A DNA stretch of 64,000 nucleotides from Candidatus Paraprochloron terpiosi LD05. GTDB lineage: Bacteria; Cyanobacteriota; Cyanobacteriia; Cyanobacteriales; Prochloraceae. The notes under the pieces were generated by a model. That model had not been told where the DNA came from. It did no database searches and was given only the letters and a program-made list of their open reading frames with translations. Position numbers and translations under genes: made by a program. The DNA lies in assembly GCA_018141785.1 (NCBI GenBank), contig CP073341.1:3129422-3193421 (forward strand), read 5' to 3'. This document shows positions 36,471 to 47,169 of this stretch, one piece after another (the first letter of the stretch is position 1; each line of letters starts with the position of its first letter).

Positions 36471-38876
36471 GACTTGGTATATTCCCCAAATAGCCATAGC
36501 TCTTAAGTAATGACTTGCTCGGAAGGTTCCCGCAGTAGTAATGGCTTCCGGTGTCCTAAATTGCAAGCCATTGTCATATATTTGCTCCACCACTGTTTCT
36601 GCTAATTTCAAACCTTCATCCACCATTCCCATTTGGATCATAAATGCCGCCAAACCAAAATTAATCCCAGTCCAAACTTCCAAAGGATGAGTATCATGGG
36701 GATTTTCCGGAGATCCATCGGGTTTCACCCCATTGGCAGCTCCAAATTCCCCGTGATGAAAGTTCAAGAAACAAGCATCGTAAACCTTCCTCAAGGTAGA
36801 TTCTACATAGGGTTGTTGCACTACATCGGGTAATTGCAATAACTGGGCGTAAAATTGACCACACAACTGATCTGCCATTACTATATCAGAATCGCTTTCA
36901 CTATCTAGGCGATAATATTCTCCATTCCAAAGTGTCTCTTGATAGATAGGTCTTGCTTGGACTAACCAATCTTCATAAGTAGCGATCGCCTTCTCAATTC
37001 CTTCGGGGTCAAAACTTCCCTGACGTTGAGGATAGATACTAGGATTTTCCTTTAAAATCTTCCCTATTTTAACTGCTGCTTCCAAAGCTGCAATCCACAA
37101 TCCCCCACAATAAGCGCTAATTCCCTCAAGTTGCCAATCGTCGAAAGTCTGATCCGGTGCCCCCCCATTTTCGGGAATGCCATCACCATCTTTGTCAAAC
37201 TGTTTCAAATAGGCTAGAGTTTGGACAATCCCATCCCAACATTCCCAAAGAAACTCCCTATCCTCAGCTCCGGTAAAGACAAAATTCCGATACACCTGCA
37301 AAACAAAATCACAACCCAAATCCTTCCACTGATTACAATCTTGATAACTGGTGTAATTAGTCTTTTCCCAAGGATGTTCATTGGGTGCCCCTAAATCGTG
37401 AGGAGTTGCCCCTGGTACCTTCCGCACCGCCATTGTCTGATTATAACCTATCTGCCGTAGGGTATCATCTCCTTGGGAAATAGCCCTGGCAAAAGCTTCT
37501 AACACAGCTTTATCTAACCTGGGCCATAATATAGCCAAAGCCAAAGAACCGTATAAGCGCACATCCAAACTTTCATACCAACGATAATCCATACACTCCA
37601 GCACCCCAAACTGCCCCACCGGGTCATTTTCCGTCGCCACAGTCCAAAGACTACCTCCTTGAGCTAATAAATATAGCTCATTAAACAAGGCCATTTTCAA
37701 CCAACTGGGTAAATCTTGACGCCCTAAAATGGGGTTCTGCCAAGCTTCAATGCTTTCTTTCCACATAGCAGAATGTTTCAGAGCCGTTCTAATCATCGTC
37801 CAAACATTCTTCCCGGTGACACCGAAAAAATCTGTGTAGCGACGATAATATTTTACTCCAGGAGCAAATTCAGTAATAGGCAAGTCCCAAGCGAGAATAA
37901 AAGGAATCTTGCGGGTTTTCCCGGGACGGATCGTGAAGCGAACGGCGATCGCCCCTGCTATTTGTTCACCTGGTGCCGCTGGAGTTTCATCTTCCAGATC
38001 TGCTAAAGAACCATTCATGGCAAAATAATCCCAAATATCCCTTCCATCCTCCACAGGATTCCAGCGGTTGTGATAGAATACTTCTACAGCAGGATTGGTA
38101 ATAGTAGCAATAGACATTTGCCCTTCCCCCGCAGCAATTTCTTCATGAGGACGGACCCGGTTGAACAAGCAGCCCACCCGGTGAAAATCTACAACCCACT
38201 GATTAAAATTCCCCGTACTATCTCCCCAACGAGGTTGATATTCATAAACCGGACTGCCATCATCCCGTACCCTTACTGATGGTTCCTTAATGGCATTAGT
38301 AAACCACCCCATCATATTTTCCCAGGTTAACATTATACTCATAACTACAGATTTAGCAGTGGAGTTATGGGCAGTCCACTCAAAGATAGCGATGGGATAG
38401 CTAGACTCTTGATAACTTCCCGCCCAAATGGGGGAAAATTGTTCGCAAACCAATTCTGATTTAAAGACCCCTGCATAAGTAAACCAACTGCGGGGATAAA
38501 GAGCAGAATAAGTTCCCTTTTCTTCAGGATACCATAACCAGGAGGTTAAAGTTCCATCGGTTGGAAGTTCAGTACTCATAGCATAAGCTTGAGCGGGTTC
38601 ACCTTCTGGCTGCTCAAAAACGCTAAATTGACAGGAGGGAAGACTGCGAAAGATATGTTCTCCTCCGTCAAGATGCCAAAGGTTGAAGTCTCCTCGGGGG
38701 GAACGACCGATGCAACCAGCACCAAAACCCCCTAAAGGCATACCGTGGAAAGGTCCATCGTCTAAATTACTCTCATAGCGCACGGTGTAGGGTTTTTCCC
38801 AGCCCCGACCTATGGAACGAGACCAAGCACAAGAGGGTATAGAGGGTATCGATGGATAGTTAGTCATGGCTACCAT
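36462..38876 (-). CDS. GH116 / GBA2-type non-lysosomal glucosylceramidase (beta-glucosidase)
   Basis: 804 aa. N-terminal GMPLGGFGAGCIGRSPRGDFNLWHL and a long (alpha/alpha)6-type C-terminal domain, typical of the family. Confidence 0.8.
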   Translation of the reverse strand: MVAMTNYPSIPSIPSCAWSRSIGRGWEKPYTVRYESNLDDGPFHGMPLGGFGAGCIGRSPRGDFNLWHLDGGEHIFRSLPSCQFSVFEQPEGEPAQAYAMSTELPTDGTLTSWLWYPEEKGTYSALYPRSWFTYAGVFKSELVCEQFSPIWAGSYQESSYPIAIFEWTAHNSTAKSVVMSIMLTWENMMGWFTNAIKEPSVRVRDDGSPVYEYQPRWGDSTGNFNQWVVDFHRVGCLFNRVRPHEEIAAGEGQMSIATITNPAVEVFYHNRWNPVEDGRDIWDYFAMNGSLADLEDETPAAPGEQIAGAIAVRFTIRPGKTRKIPFILAWDLPITEFAPGVKYYRRYTDFFGVTGKNVWTMIRTALKHSAMWKESIEAWQNPILGRQDLPSWLKMALFNELYLLAQGGSLWTVATENDPVGQFGVLECMDYRWYESLDVRLYGSLALAILWPRLDKAVLEAFARAISQGDDTLRQIGYNQTMAVRKVPGATPHDLGAPNEHPWEKTNYTSYQDCNQWKDLGCDFVLQVYRNFVFTGAEDREFLWECWDGIVQTLAYLKQFDKDGDGIPENGGAPDQTFDDWQLEGISAYCGGLWIAALEAAVKIGKILKENPSIYPQRQGSFDPEGIEKAIATYEDWLVQARPIYQETLWNGEYYRLDSESDSDIVMADQLCGQFYAQLLQLPDVVQQPYVESTLRKVYDACFLNFHHGEFGAANGVKPDGSPENPHDTHPLEVWTGINFGLAAFMIQMGMVDEGLKLAETVVEQIYDNGLQFRTPEAITTAGTFRASHYLRAMAIWGIYQVLS

Positions 38877-38928
38877 TTTACCCTATGATGGAACAATCTG
38901 GGGAAAATTTGGGCCAAAAAGTTGAAAG

Positions 38929-39011
38929 CCGTAGAGCCGTAGGTTGGGTTTCCCGCAAGCGTTACCCAACAAGGATGGGTGCTGTTGGGTTTCGTGCCTC
39001 AACCCAACCTA
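38929..39011. mobile_element. MITE-like insertion with GTAGGTTGGGTT ... AACCCAACCTA termini
   Basis: 83 nt flanked by 46-nt direct repeats (38883..38928 and 39012..39057, 4 mismatches). The same terminal motif occurs at 12238..12275. Confidence 0.55.
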
Positions 39012-39301
39012 CTATGATGGAACATTTTGGGGAAAATTTGGGCCAAAAAATTGAGAGCGATGCAGGTAGCCCCCAAAGTTGGTAGAATAAACGTAGGAGC
39101 CATGACTACCCCGATCGCCCACCAACTCAAAACATGAAAGAAAAGAGCAACAGCTAAAATAGTGGCCAAAACTGCTGCCCTTTTAGTTTGTCGTCCCAGA
39201 AACCACAATAGTAGAGTATAACTGGTGGCGAGCAAATTAGCGGGAACGAGAACAGCGCAAATGGGAATGCAGTAGTGGCGGGAAAATTCAAATAAAGTCA
39301 T
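38999..39301 (-). CDS. Small membrane protein (3 TM) whose stop codon lies in the MITE-like element
   Basis: 100-aa hydrophobic ORF. The last codons ...HHSRLG* read into GTAGGTTGGGTTGA. Confidence 0.5.
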   Translation of the reverse strand: MTLFEFSRHYCIPICAVLVPANLLATSYTLLLWFLGRQTKRAAVLATILAVALFFHVLSWWAIGVVMAPTFILPTLGATCIALNFLAQIFPKMFHHSRLG

Positions 39302-39370
39302 TGGTCAAGTATAGCTTGTACTCTCTTCAAAATACCCCCTCTCTGCGACTCTGTGCCTCTGCGTGAAACT

Positions 39371-39847
39371 TTAACGCTTCCGGTGATCGCGCTGCTCAAT
39401 CAACTCTGCCATTTTATTACGCTGTTGGGGAGTAAGCACCTCCCGAATAGCCAGTATAGTTTCAAAACGTTGATTACTCAATTGATTACGAAGACCCTGG
39501 ATCTGCTGATGTTGTTGACGCAACTGTTGAGGAGTACCAGTACCCGCCATGAGGGAGCGCATTTCTTCTCTTGCTGCTCCCATTTGCTCTTTGAGGGAGG
39601 ACATATTTTCCCATGACTGCTCTTTAATCGCTTTAATCCGTTCTGATTGTTCCAGGGTCAAATTCAATTCTTGCAACCAGCGATCGCCTGAATCGCCATC
39701 GCGCCCCCGGTTATGACGCCCATAACCGTGAGCAAAAACTGGTGTTTCCTGGACTTTAACTTGAGGATTTACCGGGGCAGAATTGATGCTAACTGGTAAA
39801 ATCAGGGCTGCTGCTGCTACTGTTGCTGAAAGAGAACGACAAATCAT
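39371..39847 (-). CDS. Spy/CpxP family periplasmic chaperone-like protein
   Basis: Signal peptide plus two LTxxQ motifs (LTLEQSERIKAI; LTPQQRNKMAEL). Confidence 0.65.
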   Translation of the reverse strand: MICRSLSATVAAAALILPVSINSAPVNPQVKVQETPVFAHGYGRHNRGRDGDSGDRWLQELNLTLEQSERIKAIKEQSWENMSSLKEQMGAAREEMRSLMAGTGTPQQLRQQHQQIQGLRNQLSNQRFETILAIREVLTPQQRNKMAELIEQRDHRKR

Positions 39848-40016
39848 GAAAAATTCCTCTTAATAACGAACCTTACCATTCAATATTAGACAATCTTTCT
39901 CCCTCTCTGTGTCCTCTGCGCCTCTGCGGTTATTTAAATCCCAATCTTCCTAACTCTCCCAGATAAGCTATAATAATTAACAAATCTTTAAAATTCCAAG
40001 CAGTCCAGACAAATAT

Positions 40017-41810
40017 ATGTCTCTTCCCATTCGCAACCTAGCTATCATAGCCCACGTAGATCACGGTAAAACCACCCTCGTAGACGCTCTCCTCAAACAG
40101 TCCGGCATTTTCCGCGAAGGGGAAGAGGTTCCGGACTGTGTTATGGACTCCAACGCTCTGGAACGAGAACGGGGGATTACCATCTTATCCAAAAATACCG
40201 CAGTCCGTTATAAAGATACCCTCATCAACATCGTGGATACCCCCGGACACGCCGATTTTGGTGGTGAGGTGGAACGAGTACTGGGAATGGTAGATGGCTG
40301 TATCTTAATTGTAGACGCCAATGAAGGCCCCATGCCCCAAACTCGGTTCGTCCTCAAAAAAGCCTTGGAAAAAGGACTGCGACCCATTGTGGTGGTGAAT
40401 AAAATCGACCGTCCCCGTGCGGACCCGAATAAAGCTGTGGATAAAGTCTTCGACCTGTTCGTGGAACTGGGTGCTGACGACGATCAGTGCGACTTCACCA
40501 CCCTCTTTGCTTCCGGTTTAGAAGGGTACTGTAAAGAAGACTTAAACGCCGAAGGAACCGACATGGAACCTCTCTTTGCAGCCATTATCCACCATGTACC
40601 ACCTCCAGCAGGAGACCCTGACAAACCTCTGCAACTGCAAGTCACCACCCTGGACTATTCCGATTATCTCGGACGCATTGTCATTGGCCGGATCCACAAC
40701 GGTAAGATTAAAGCAGGTCAAACTGCTGCCATCATAACAGAAACTGGCACAGTTGTCAAGGCTAAAGTTAGTAAGCTTATGGGCTTTGAAGGACTGAAGC
40801 GAGTGGAATTACCCGAAGCCACTGCTGGCAACATCGTTGCTGTAGCAGGGTTTGCCAACGCCAATATTGGAGAAACCATTACTTATCCAGAGAATCCTAA
40901 AGCATTACCTTTAATTAAGGTAGATGAGCCTACCTTACAAATGACCTTTTCCGTCAACGATTCCCCTTTTGCAGGGAAGGAAGGGACTTATGTTACCTCC
41001 CGACAATTGTGCGATCGCCTCTTGCGGGAGTTGGAAACCAATGTAGCCCTGCGAGTAGAAGAAGGGGACACAGCCGAGAAATTCTTAGTGTCTGGCCGGG
41101 GAGAACTCCACCTGGGCATTCTAATAGAAACCATGCGTCGGGAAGGTTACGAATTTCAAGTGTCCCAACCCCAAGTAATTTACCGCGAAGTAAATGGCCA
41201 ACCCTGCGAACCCTATGAGTATTTAGTTCTAGACGTTCCCGAAGCAGCAGTGGGTTCCTGTATCGAAAGGTTGGGACAACGGAAGGGAGAAATGCAGGAC
41301 ATGCAGACGGGAAGTAACGGGAGAACTCAACTAGAGTTTATCATACCCGCCCGGGGTTTAATCGGTTTCCGGGGGGATTTTATTCGCCTTTCTCGGGGAG
41401 AAGGAATTATGAATCATAGTTTCCTGGAATATCGCGGACTTTCTGGGGAATTTTCAACCCGTTACAATGGGATTATTATTGCTTTTGAAGAAGGAATCGC
41501 CACTTTCTACGCCTTGAAAAATGCGGAAGATAGGGGGGTATTCTTTATTACTCCCGGAACCAAGGTTTACAAGGGCATGATTGTAGGGGAACACAATCGC
41601 CCTCAAGACTTAGAGTTGAACGTGTGCAAAACCAAACAACTCACCAACCACCGTTCAGCTACCGGAGATGAATTGGATCAATTGCAAGCGCCAGTGGAAA
41701 TGAGTTTAGAACGGGCATTAGAATATATAGCTTCTGATGAGTTAGTGGAAGTTACCCCAGAGTCTCTTCGTTTGCGGAAAATGAAGGCCAAAAAACTAGC
41801 ACGACGTTAG
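40017..41810 (+). CDS. typA: Translational GTPase TypA/BipA
   Basis: G1 [11 protein letters not shown]3 DTPGHADF and G4 NKID; 597 aa with EF-G-like domains. Confidence 0.95.
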   Translation: MSLPIRNLAIIAHVDHGKTTLVDALLKQSGIFREGEEVPDCVMDSNALERERGITILSKNTAVRYKDTLINIVDTPGHADFGGEVERVLGMVDGCILIVDANEGPMPQTRFVLKKALEKGLRPIVVVNKIDRPRADPNKAVDKVFDLFVELGADDDQCDFTTLFASGLEGYCKEDLNAEGTDMEPLFAAIIHHVPPPAGDPDKPLQLQVTTLDYSDYLGRIVIGRIHNGKIKAGQTAAIITETGTVVKAKVSKLMGFEGLKRVELPEATAGNIVAVAGFANANIGETITYPENPKALPLIKVDEPTLQMTFSVNDSPFAGKEGTYVTSRQLCDRLLRELETNVALRVEEGDTAEKFLVSGRGELHLGILIETMRREGYEFQVSQPQVIYREVNGQPCEPYEYLVLDVPEAAVGSCIERLGQRKGEMQDMQTGSNGRTQLEFIIPARGLIGFRGDFIRLSRGEGIMNHSFLEYRGLSGEFSTRYNGIIIAFEEGIATFYALKNAEDRGVFFITPGTKVYKGMIVGEHNRPQDLELNVCKTKQLTNHRSATGDELDQLQAPVEMSLERALEYIASDELVEVTPESLRLRKMKAKKLARR

Positions 41811-42114
41811 AAACGCTCTCAGCACCCCGCTCCGATTATTCAAGAGATTGAAACCAGGAGTGTAAATCAGCTTCCTCTCTAAAATCCAGTAAAGCTTCTC
41901 CCAAAGCTTCCAGTTTGGACAAAGGTAGCATTTCAACTTGAGAGATTAAGTCTGAGGATACCGCCCCAAGACGACGGTTGAGCAGCTTTAGCATATGAGC
42001 CAGAAGCCTGACGGTGTATGCGATAGCATCCTTGCGCCCCTACCGATAAAACCCCTGGTTTAGTACTATGGCGATCGCCTAAAGTTCGTAGGGTGGGCAA
42101 TTTGTACAATATTT

Positions 42115-43005
42115 TTGTCAAAAAATACTAAAGTTTATATGCATACAAAAATACTAAATTGTCTTTGGGTTCATGGTTCACTTAGCTACATTGAACAAGT
42201 TTGCTTAGTATCTGCCCTCAGTGTTGGACATAAAGTGCGACTGTACACCTATGAAGAGGTTAAAAATGTCCCCAAAGGAATTGAAGTGCAAGATGCAAAT
42301 TCAATTCTTCCCAGGAAATATATGCTTAAACATAAGCAAAAGCAAAATTATGCATTAGGCTCAGATATTTTCAGATATGAGTTACAGAGTCTTGGTAAAG
42401 GTATTTGGATCGATACCGATGTCTACTTCCTAAAACCAATTCAAATCGATTCTGATATTATATTTGGATGGGAAGATGAAGGATTGATCAACGGTGCCGT
42501 GCTATATCTCGCTCCCAATACGAAAATACTCCAATTGATCCAAAAGTTTTTTAGTTCTGAGCCTGTTATAGCTCCTTGGTAGAGTAAAGAAGAGCAAGAG
42601 GAGCAACGAAGCCTTTATCTAAGTGGTCAACACAAGAACCTAGAAAATTTACCTTGGGGTACGATAGGTCCGAACGCAATTACTTATTTTGCTCAACTTT
42701 TAGAGTTAGAGAAGTTCGCCCAGCCTCAGGAGGTATTCTATCCAGTACATTGGACTGATGCGGAAAAAATGTTTGAGCCACATTTTGCTTACCGCGATTT
42801 TATTACTGAAAAAACTCTAACTGTTCATCTATGGAACGAGCGTATAAAAAAGTTGAAGCCATATCCTCCTCCAAAAGGCTCTTTTATCTATGATATTTGC
42901 AAAAAACATAACATTAATCCCTGGAAACATGTAAATTTGGCAAAGTATCTCAAGCGTGGGGTCAAGCAAAAACTTAAACAAGTCAGGGAATGGCTAACCA
43001 AATAA
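42115..43005 (+). pseudogene. DXD-type glycosyltransferase interrupted by one in-frame amber codon
   Basis: 42115..42582 and 42583..43005 are in the same frame, separated only by a TAG at 42580..42582 (APW*SKEE). The N-part contains SDIFRYELQSLGKGIWIDTDVYF, a Gly_transf_sug-like DxD region. Confidence 0.65.
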
Positions 43006-43157
43006 TCGTTGACTTTCCGTAGGATAATTAAGGAATCCGCTCGAATCGGTTCTTGGGTCATCACTCATGACCCACTTGTTCTTGTTATATACTAAACCAC
43101 GCCCGTAGGGCACCTTCAACGGATATAATGGTATTGTATAATCGCAAGAAGAAGAAA

Positions 43158-43526
43158 ATGATACTCACAGAACTTGAAATAGCAAAAGTCATTGAGAAGA
43201 CTAAAGCTGCTTTTCCTAATTTTACTGATTGGGAATACAATAATGAAGTGAAGGTCGAATATTGTGGCTTTTCTCTGTGGGGGAAGTTTCTTGTTGATCC
43301 GGATGAACTAATGTCTCCACGCTTTTTTATAACCCTTGCTACCTATGAAGAACAGTGGGAATGTCACTTGACTATGGGACAGCATTCTTATATGTGGTAT
43401 TCTGCTGATGTTGGTGATGCTCATGTACTTGCTACAGAGCGTTGTGATTCCTATAATGATGCTATTGCAGCACTGAAGAAGGCAATTTTAAAATTATTCA
43501 AAGCCTTTTCTGTACTACCAACATAA
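43158..43526 (+). CDS. Hypothetical protein
   Basis: ORF followed by a hairpin and T-run. No domain recognised. The start is uncertain (43128 or 43158). Confidence 0.4.
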   Translation: MILTELEIAKVIEKTKAAFPNFTDWEYNNEVKVEYCGFSLWGKFLVDPDELMSPRFFITLATYEEQWECHLTMGQHSYMWYSADVGDAHVLATERCDSYNDAIAALKKAILKLFKAFSVLPT

Positions 43527-43566
43527 AAAATCCATATTCAGCGGTTAAAAAAAGGTGTGCCATGCC

Positions 43567-43587
43567 CACCCTACGAGGGTGTTTTTT
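43567..43587 (+). terminator. Hairpin plus T6 (CACCCT-ACG-AGGGTG-TTTTTT), rho-independent-like
   Basis: The 6-bp stem is followed by TTTTTT, 41 nt after the stop of the 43158..43526 ORF. It overlaps the stop codon of the convergent ferredoxin gene. Confidence 0.5.
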
Positions 43588-43798
43588 GTAAATCAGGTCT
43601 TTCTTCAGGAACGATCGCCCCTTTAACTGGACAGACTTCCAAACAAATACCGCAGTCAATGCAGATATTAAAGTCAATCCAATACCAATCTGTTCCTTTA
43701 GCATTTTTACCTGGTCCTTGATGAATACAAGCAACGGGACATGCAGTGGTGCAGTCAGCTATTCCTTCGCAAATTTCGGTAACAATACTGTGGGGCAT
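43571..43798 (-). CDS. 4Fe-4S dicluster-type ferredoxin (75 aa)
   Basis: One canonical CIDCGICLEVCP motif plus a second Cys cluster, CEGIADCTTACPVAC. Confidence 0.85.
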   Translation of the reverse strand: MPHSIVTEICEGIADCTTACPVACIHQGPGKNAKGTDWYWIDFNICIDCGICLEVCPVKGAIVPEERPDLQKTPS

Positions 43799-43813
43799 AG
43801 TTATTCTTGGTTA

Positions 43814-44821
43814 TTAGTGGTTCAATTTGGTGATTAAATCTTCATAAATATTGGAGCGATCGCCAAAGATATAATTGGGTGTAAATCCGGTAATATCCCT
43901 CCCTCCTACTCGACGCAAATGTTCCACAGCCGCAGAAACATCTTTCTTGGAGACTACTATAGTGGCTCCATAGCAATCATCTTCTGCTCCGTAAACCTTA
44001 GCTACAGTAGGTCCAGCAAAACCAGCTAAACCTGCTATATCCAAGTCTTGCGTTAGTTTTTGCCCAATTTCTTCAGGAGAATTACCTCGTACATTAGCAG
44101 TGAGGGAGATGTACTTTTTCCCCAGGCTATGGGCTTCAATTAACTCTAACATTACCTTGGTGGTGGCTAACTTCTCCTGATTCCCTTTTAAAGTGTTCCT
44201 ATTACCTATCAAACAAGCTTCCGATTCAATGATATTCCCGTCTAAGAGACGCTTTAAGCGATTTTCCCTTAAAGTGGTGCCTGTGGAGGTTATGTCAACG
44301 ATAGCGTCGGCATAACCCATGCTGGGGGCAGCTTCTAGAGCACCGTGAGCTTCTACTAGGGAGAAGTTAACAATTCGTTTGCTGTAAAACCACTGGCGGG
44401 TTAAATTGGGATATTTAGTGGCAATGCGCATATCTCGACCTTTTTCTTTAAAAACTAAGGTCAAATCTGCTAAATCTTGGCTACTTGTTACATCGATCCA
44501 ACTATCAGGAACCGCCAAAACTAAATCACAACCACCATAACCGAGGCGATGGCAAATAACTATCACATTGTCGTAATCTCTCCCATTTTCCCGCACTACA
44601 TCGTAACCAGTAATCCCCAGATCCACACTTTCTTCTGCCACTTTGGTAAAAATATCAGCAGCCCTTTGAAAAAGCACCGAGATACCTAAAGCGGGAATAG
44701 TACCAACATATTGTCGTTCGTTGGGGCGAGATACTTTTAAGCCAGCAGCAGCGAAGAATTGTCTGGTATCCTTGTCTAAAGCCCCTTTACTGGGTAGGGC
44801 AATTTTCAGATTACTCATCAT
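43814..44821 (-). CDS. hisG: ATP phosphoribosyltransferase, long form with C-terminal regulatory domain
   Basis: N-terminal LKIALPSKGAL, DITSTGTTLRENRLK (PRPP-binding loop context), and an extra ~100-aa C-terminal domain. Confidence 0.8.
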   Translation of the reverse strand: MMSNLKIALPSKGALDKDTRQFFAAAGLKVSRPNERQYVGTIPALGISVLFQRAADIFTKVAEESVDLGITGYDVVRENGRDYDNVIVICHRLGYGGCDLVLAVPDSWIDVTSSQDLADLTLVFKEKGRDMRIATKYPNLTRQWFYSKRIVNFSLVEAHGALEAAPSMGYADAIVDITSTGTTLRENRLKRLLDGNIIESEACLIGNRNTLKGNQEKLATTKVMLELIEAHSLGKKYISLTANVRGNSPEEIGQKLTQDLDIAGLAGFAGPTVAKVYGAEDDCYGATIVVSKKDVSAAVEHLRRVGGRDITGFTPNYIFGDRSNIYEDLITKLNH

Positions 44822-46325
44822 TTTCTCTCCTCATAACCATGACTGCCTCTTCTAAGGGTAATTGTTGTTGTTGGCGAGTTGCCATATTCTTTACTACCAC
44901 TACATTTGCCAATCTTTCTGCTTCTCCCACTACAATAACAAAGGGAATGGTTTGTTTGGCAGCATATTTTAAACTGGTGGACAGATTTTTCCCTCGCACC
45001 TCCAAAACTACTCTCAACCCCTTTGAGCGCAATTTTTCGCCCACTTCTATACTGTAGCAATGTTCAGCAGCACTAAGAGGTACAATTAAAGCATCTACTG
45101 TGCTCTCTTCTACCACTGGCAGTATACCTTCACTTTCCATGGCTAACCTAATTCTCTCAATGCCGAAAGAGAAACCACTAGCGGGGATATCATTATTTCC
45201 TCCCAGGGTTTTCACCAAATCGTCGTACCTACCACCACCACAGAGTTGCCGTTCTTGTCCCAAAGTTTCGTGATGGATTTCAAATATTGTCCCTGTATAA
45301 TATTGCAAGCCACGACTCAAGCCGAAATCCAATCTAATTCGAGTTGAGTCTATATTGTAGGAAGGCAGTATGGCCAAAATCTCCTCCAATTCTCCTAAAC
45401 CCCCACTATCCATATGATAACTTGCCAACAACTGTCGAGCTGAGGGGAGAACTTCCTGGGGTTTACCTTGCAGTTGTGCTAATTGTTCCATAAAATCTAA
45501 GGCTTTCAACCACAGTGGCTTTTGCTCTGCTCGCTGAATTTTCCCCATCAGACTATTAGCGATGTCCATTTTTTGGCGGTTACCAACTAAATTAACATTG
45601 GTATTCTCTAACAGTTCCAAAATAGTTGCCTTAGCCTCTTCTTCGGACAAACCTTGCAAGAGATGTTGTAGCCTTGAAGTTTCTACCAGGTTGTCTGGGG
45701 GACAAATCTCTTCTATAGCTGCTTCTAGAGCGGCTCTCCTCACCTTGCGCAACTCCTCCATTTGGCTCAGGAGGAAGTTCCCCAGACGTCTTTCCAGGGG
45801 CATAGTTCTCAAAAACTGATTCAGCAGGGAAATATTTCCCAGCACCACTCGGTAATCTTTCAATCCCAACTTATCTAAACTCTGACAAGCTAGGGCAATC
45901 ATTTCTGCATCCGCCATGGAACCCGCTGCACCGATGGCTTCCACTCCCATTTGGGTAAACTGGCGATATCTGCCCCGCTGAGGCTTTTCATAGCGAAATA
46001 CCGGTCCTGAGTAGTACAAACGTACTGGCAGGGGTTCCCCTTGGAGTGTGGTCTGGATATAAGCACGAGCCACTGAAGCCGTTAATTCTGGACGAAGGCA
46101 GAGACGGCGATTATGATAGGTAAAGTCGTACATGCGGGAGATTAATTCTTCCCCGGACTTGCGCAAAAAGAGTTCAGTATACTCAATCACAGGTACGTCT
46201 ATGGGACGATAACCAAAGGACTGGAAGCAGCTACTGAGTTGATTTTCGATCTGCTTTTGTAGTCGGTAAGTTGGGGGTAAGACGTCGTTTACCCCTCGGA
46301 CTGTTTCTACTTTCGGATTGCGCAT
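44811..46325 (-). CDS. hisS: Histidine--tRNA ligase family protein (HisS or HisZ-like), overlapping hisG by 11 nt
   Basis: Class II motif 2 FRYEKPQRGRYRQFTQMGVEAIG, motif 3 CGGGRYDDL, and a C-terminal anticodon-binding-like domain (ALIVPLS...IPFVIVVGE). Confidence 0.75.
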   Translation of the reverse strand: MRNPKVETVRGVNDVLPPTYRLQKQIENQLSSCFQSFGYRPIDVPVIEYTELFLRKSGEELISRMYDFTYHNRRLCLRPELTASVARAYIQTTLQGEPLPVRLYYSGPVFRYEKPQRGRYRQFTQMGVEAIGAAGSMADAEMIALACQSLDKLGLKDYRVVLGNISLLNQFLRTMPLERRLGNFLLSQMEELRKVRRAALEAAIEEICPPDNLVETSRLQHLLQGLSEEEAKATILELLENTNVNLVGNRQKMDIANSLMGKIQRAEQKPLWLKALDFMEQLAQLQGKPQEVLPSARQLLASYHMDSGGLGELEEILAILPSYNIDSTRIRLDFGLSRGLQYYTGTIFEIHHETLGQERQLCGGGRYDDLVKTLGGNNDIPASGFSFGIERIRLAMESEGILPVVEESTVDALIVPLSAAEHCYSIEVGEKLRSKGLRVVLEVRGKNLSTSLKYAAKQTIPFVIVVGEAERLANVVVVKNMATRQQQQLPLEEAVMVMRRENDE

Positions 46326-46420
46326 ATCGTGCGGATATAAATCAGCCCACTATTATAGTATAGCGCAACCCCACCCCTACTGTAAGATTACTGGATAGAG
46401 CATTTTAGAGGAAACTCCAC

Positions 46421-47101
46421 ATGAGCCAAACGAAACAAACTGTCATTGCTCCATCTATTCTTTCAGCAGACTTTAGCCGTTTAGGAGCAGAAATTGAAGC
46501 CGTGGACGCTGCTGGTGCAGACTGGATCCACGTAGACGTCATGGATGGTCGATTCGTCCCCAATATTACCATTGGTCCCCTGATTGTCAATGCTATTCGT
46601 CCTTATACCAAAAAACCCCTAGACGTCCACCTGATGATTGTGGAACCGGAAAAATACGTTGCTGACTTTGCTAAAGCGGGAGCAGATATTATTTCCGTTC
46701 ACGCGGAACACAACGCTTCTCCCCACCTTCACCGTACTTTGGGTCAAATTCGGGAATTAGGTAAAAAAGCAGGGGTTGTGCTCAACCCCGGAACTCCCGT
46801 AGAATTCATCGACCATGTGCTGGATCTCTGCGATCTGATTTTAATCATGAGTGTTAATCCTGGTTTTGGAGGTCAAAGTTTTATTCCCTCTGTTGTACCC
46901 AAAATCACCAAACTGCGTCAGATGTGCGATGAACGAGGATTGGATCCCTGGATAGAAGTAGATGGGGGACTCAAATCTAACAATACGTGGCAGGTATTGG
47001 AAGCAGGAGCAAATGCCATTGTTGCTGGTTCTGCTGTGTTTAAAGCTCCCAGTTACAGGGAAGCAATTGAAGGAATTCGCCATAGTAAGCGTCCTGCTTA
47101 A
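46421..47101 (+). CDS. rpe: Ribulose-phosphate 3-epimerase
   Basis: Contains [29 protein letters not shown] and [10 protein letters not shown]. Confidence 0.95.
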   Translation: MSQTKQTVIAPSILSADFSRLGAEIEAVDAAGADWIHVDVMDGRFVPNITIGPLIVNAIRPYTKKPLDVHLMIVEPEKYVADFAKAGADIISVHAEHNASPHLHRTLGQIRELGKKAGVVLNPGTPVEFIDHVLDLCDLILIMSVNPGFGGQSFIPSVVPKITKLRQMCDERGLDPWIEVDGGLKSNNTWQVLEAGANAIVAGSAVFKAPSYREAIEGIRHSKRPA

Positions 47102-47111
47102 GCTTTGGCGT

Positions 47112-47133
47112 GTAGGGGTGGGCATTGCCCACC
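47112..47133. repeat. GTAGGG(G)TGGGCATTGCCCACC palindromic repeat
   Basis: Same family as 51582..51600, 53259..53279 and 58345..58365 (core GTGGGCA-A-TGCCCAC). Half copies lie at 11411, 42088 and 43555. Confidence 0.8.
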
Positions 47134-47169
47134 AATTGCTTGCCTACCGAAGTTAGTAAAGATAAGATA

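Noticed and set aside
38885-39085. 66-aa track ORF.
   Set aside because: It is composed entirely of the 46-nt direct repeats and the MITE-like element.
47125-47169. TTG-initiated N-terminal extension of xisH (MPTNCLPTEVSKDKI).
   Set aside because: It is encoded by the palindromic GTGGGCA repeat. The conserved XisH N-terminus starts at the ATG at 47170.
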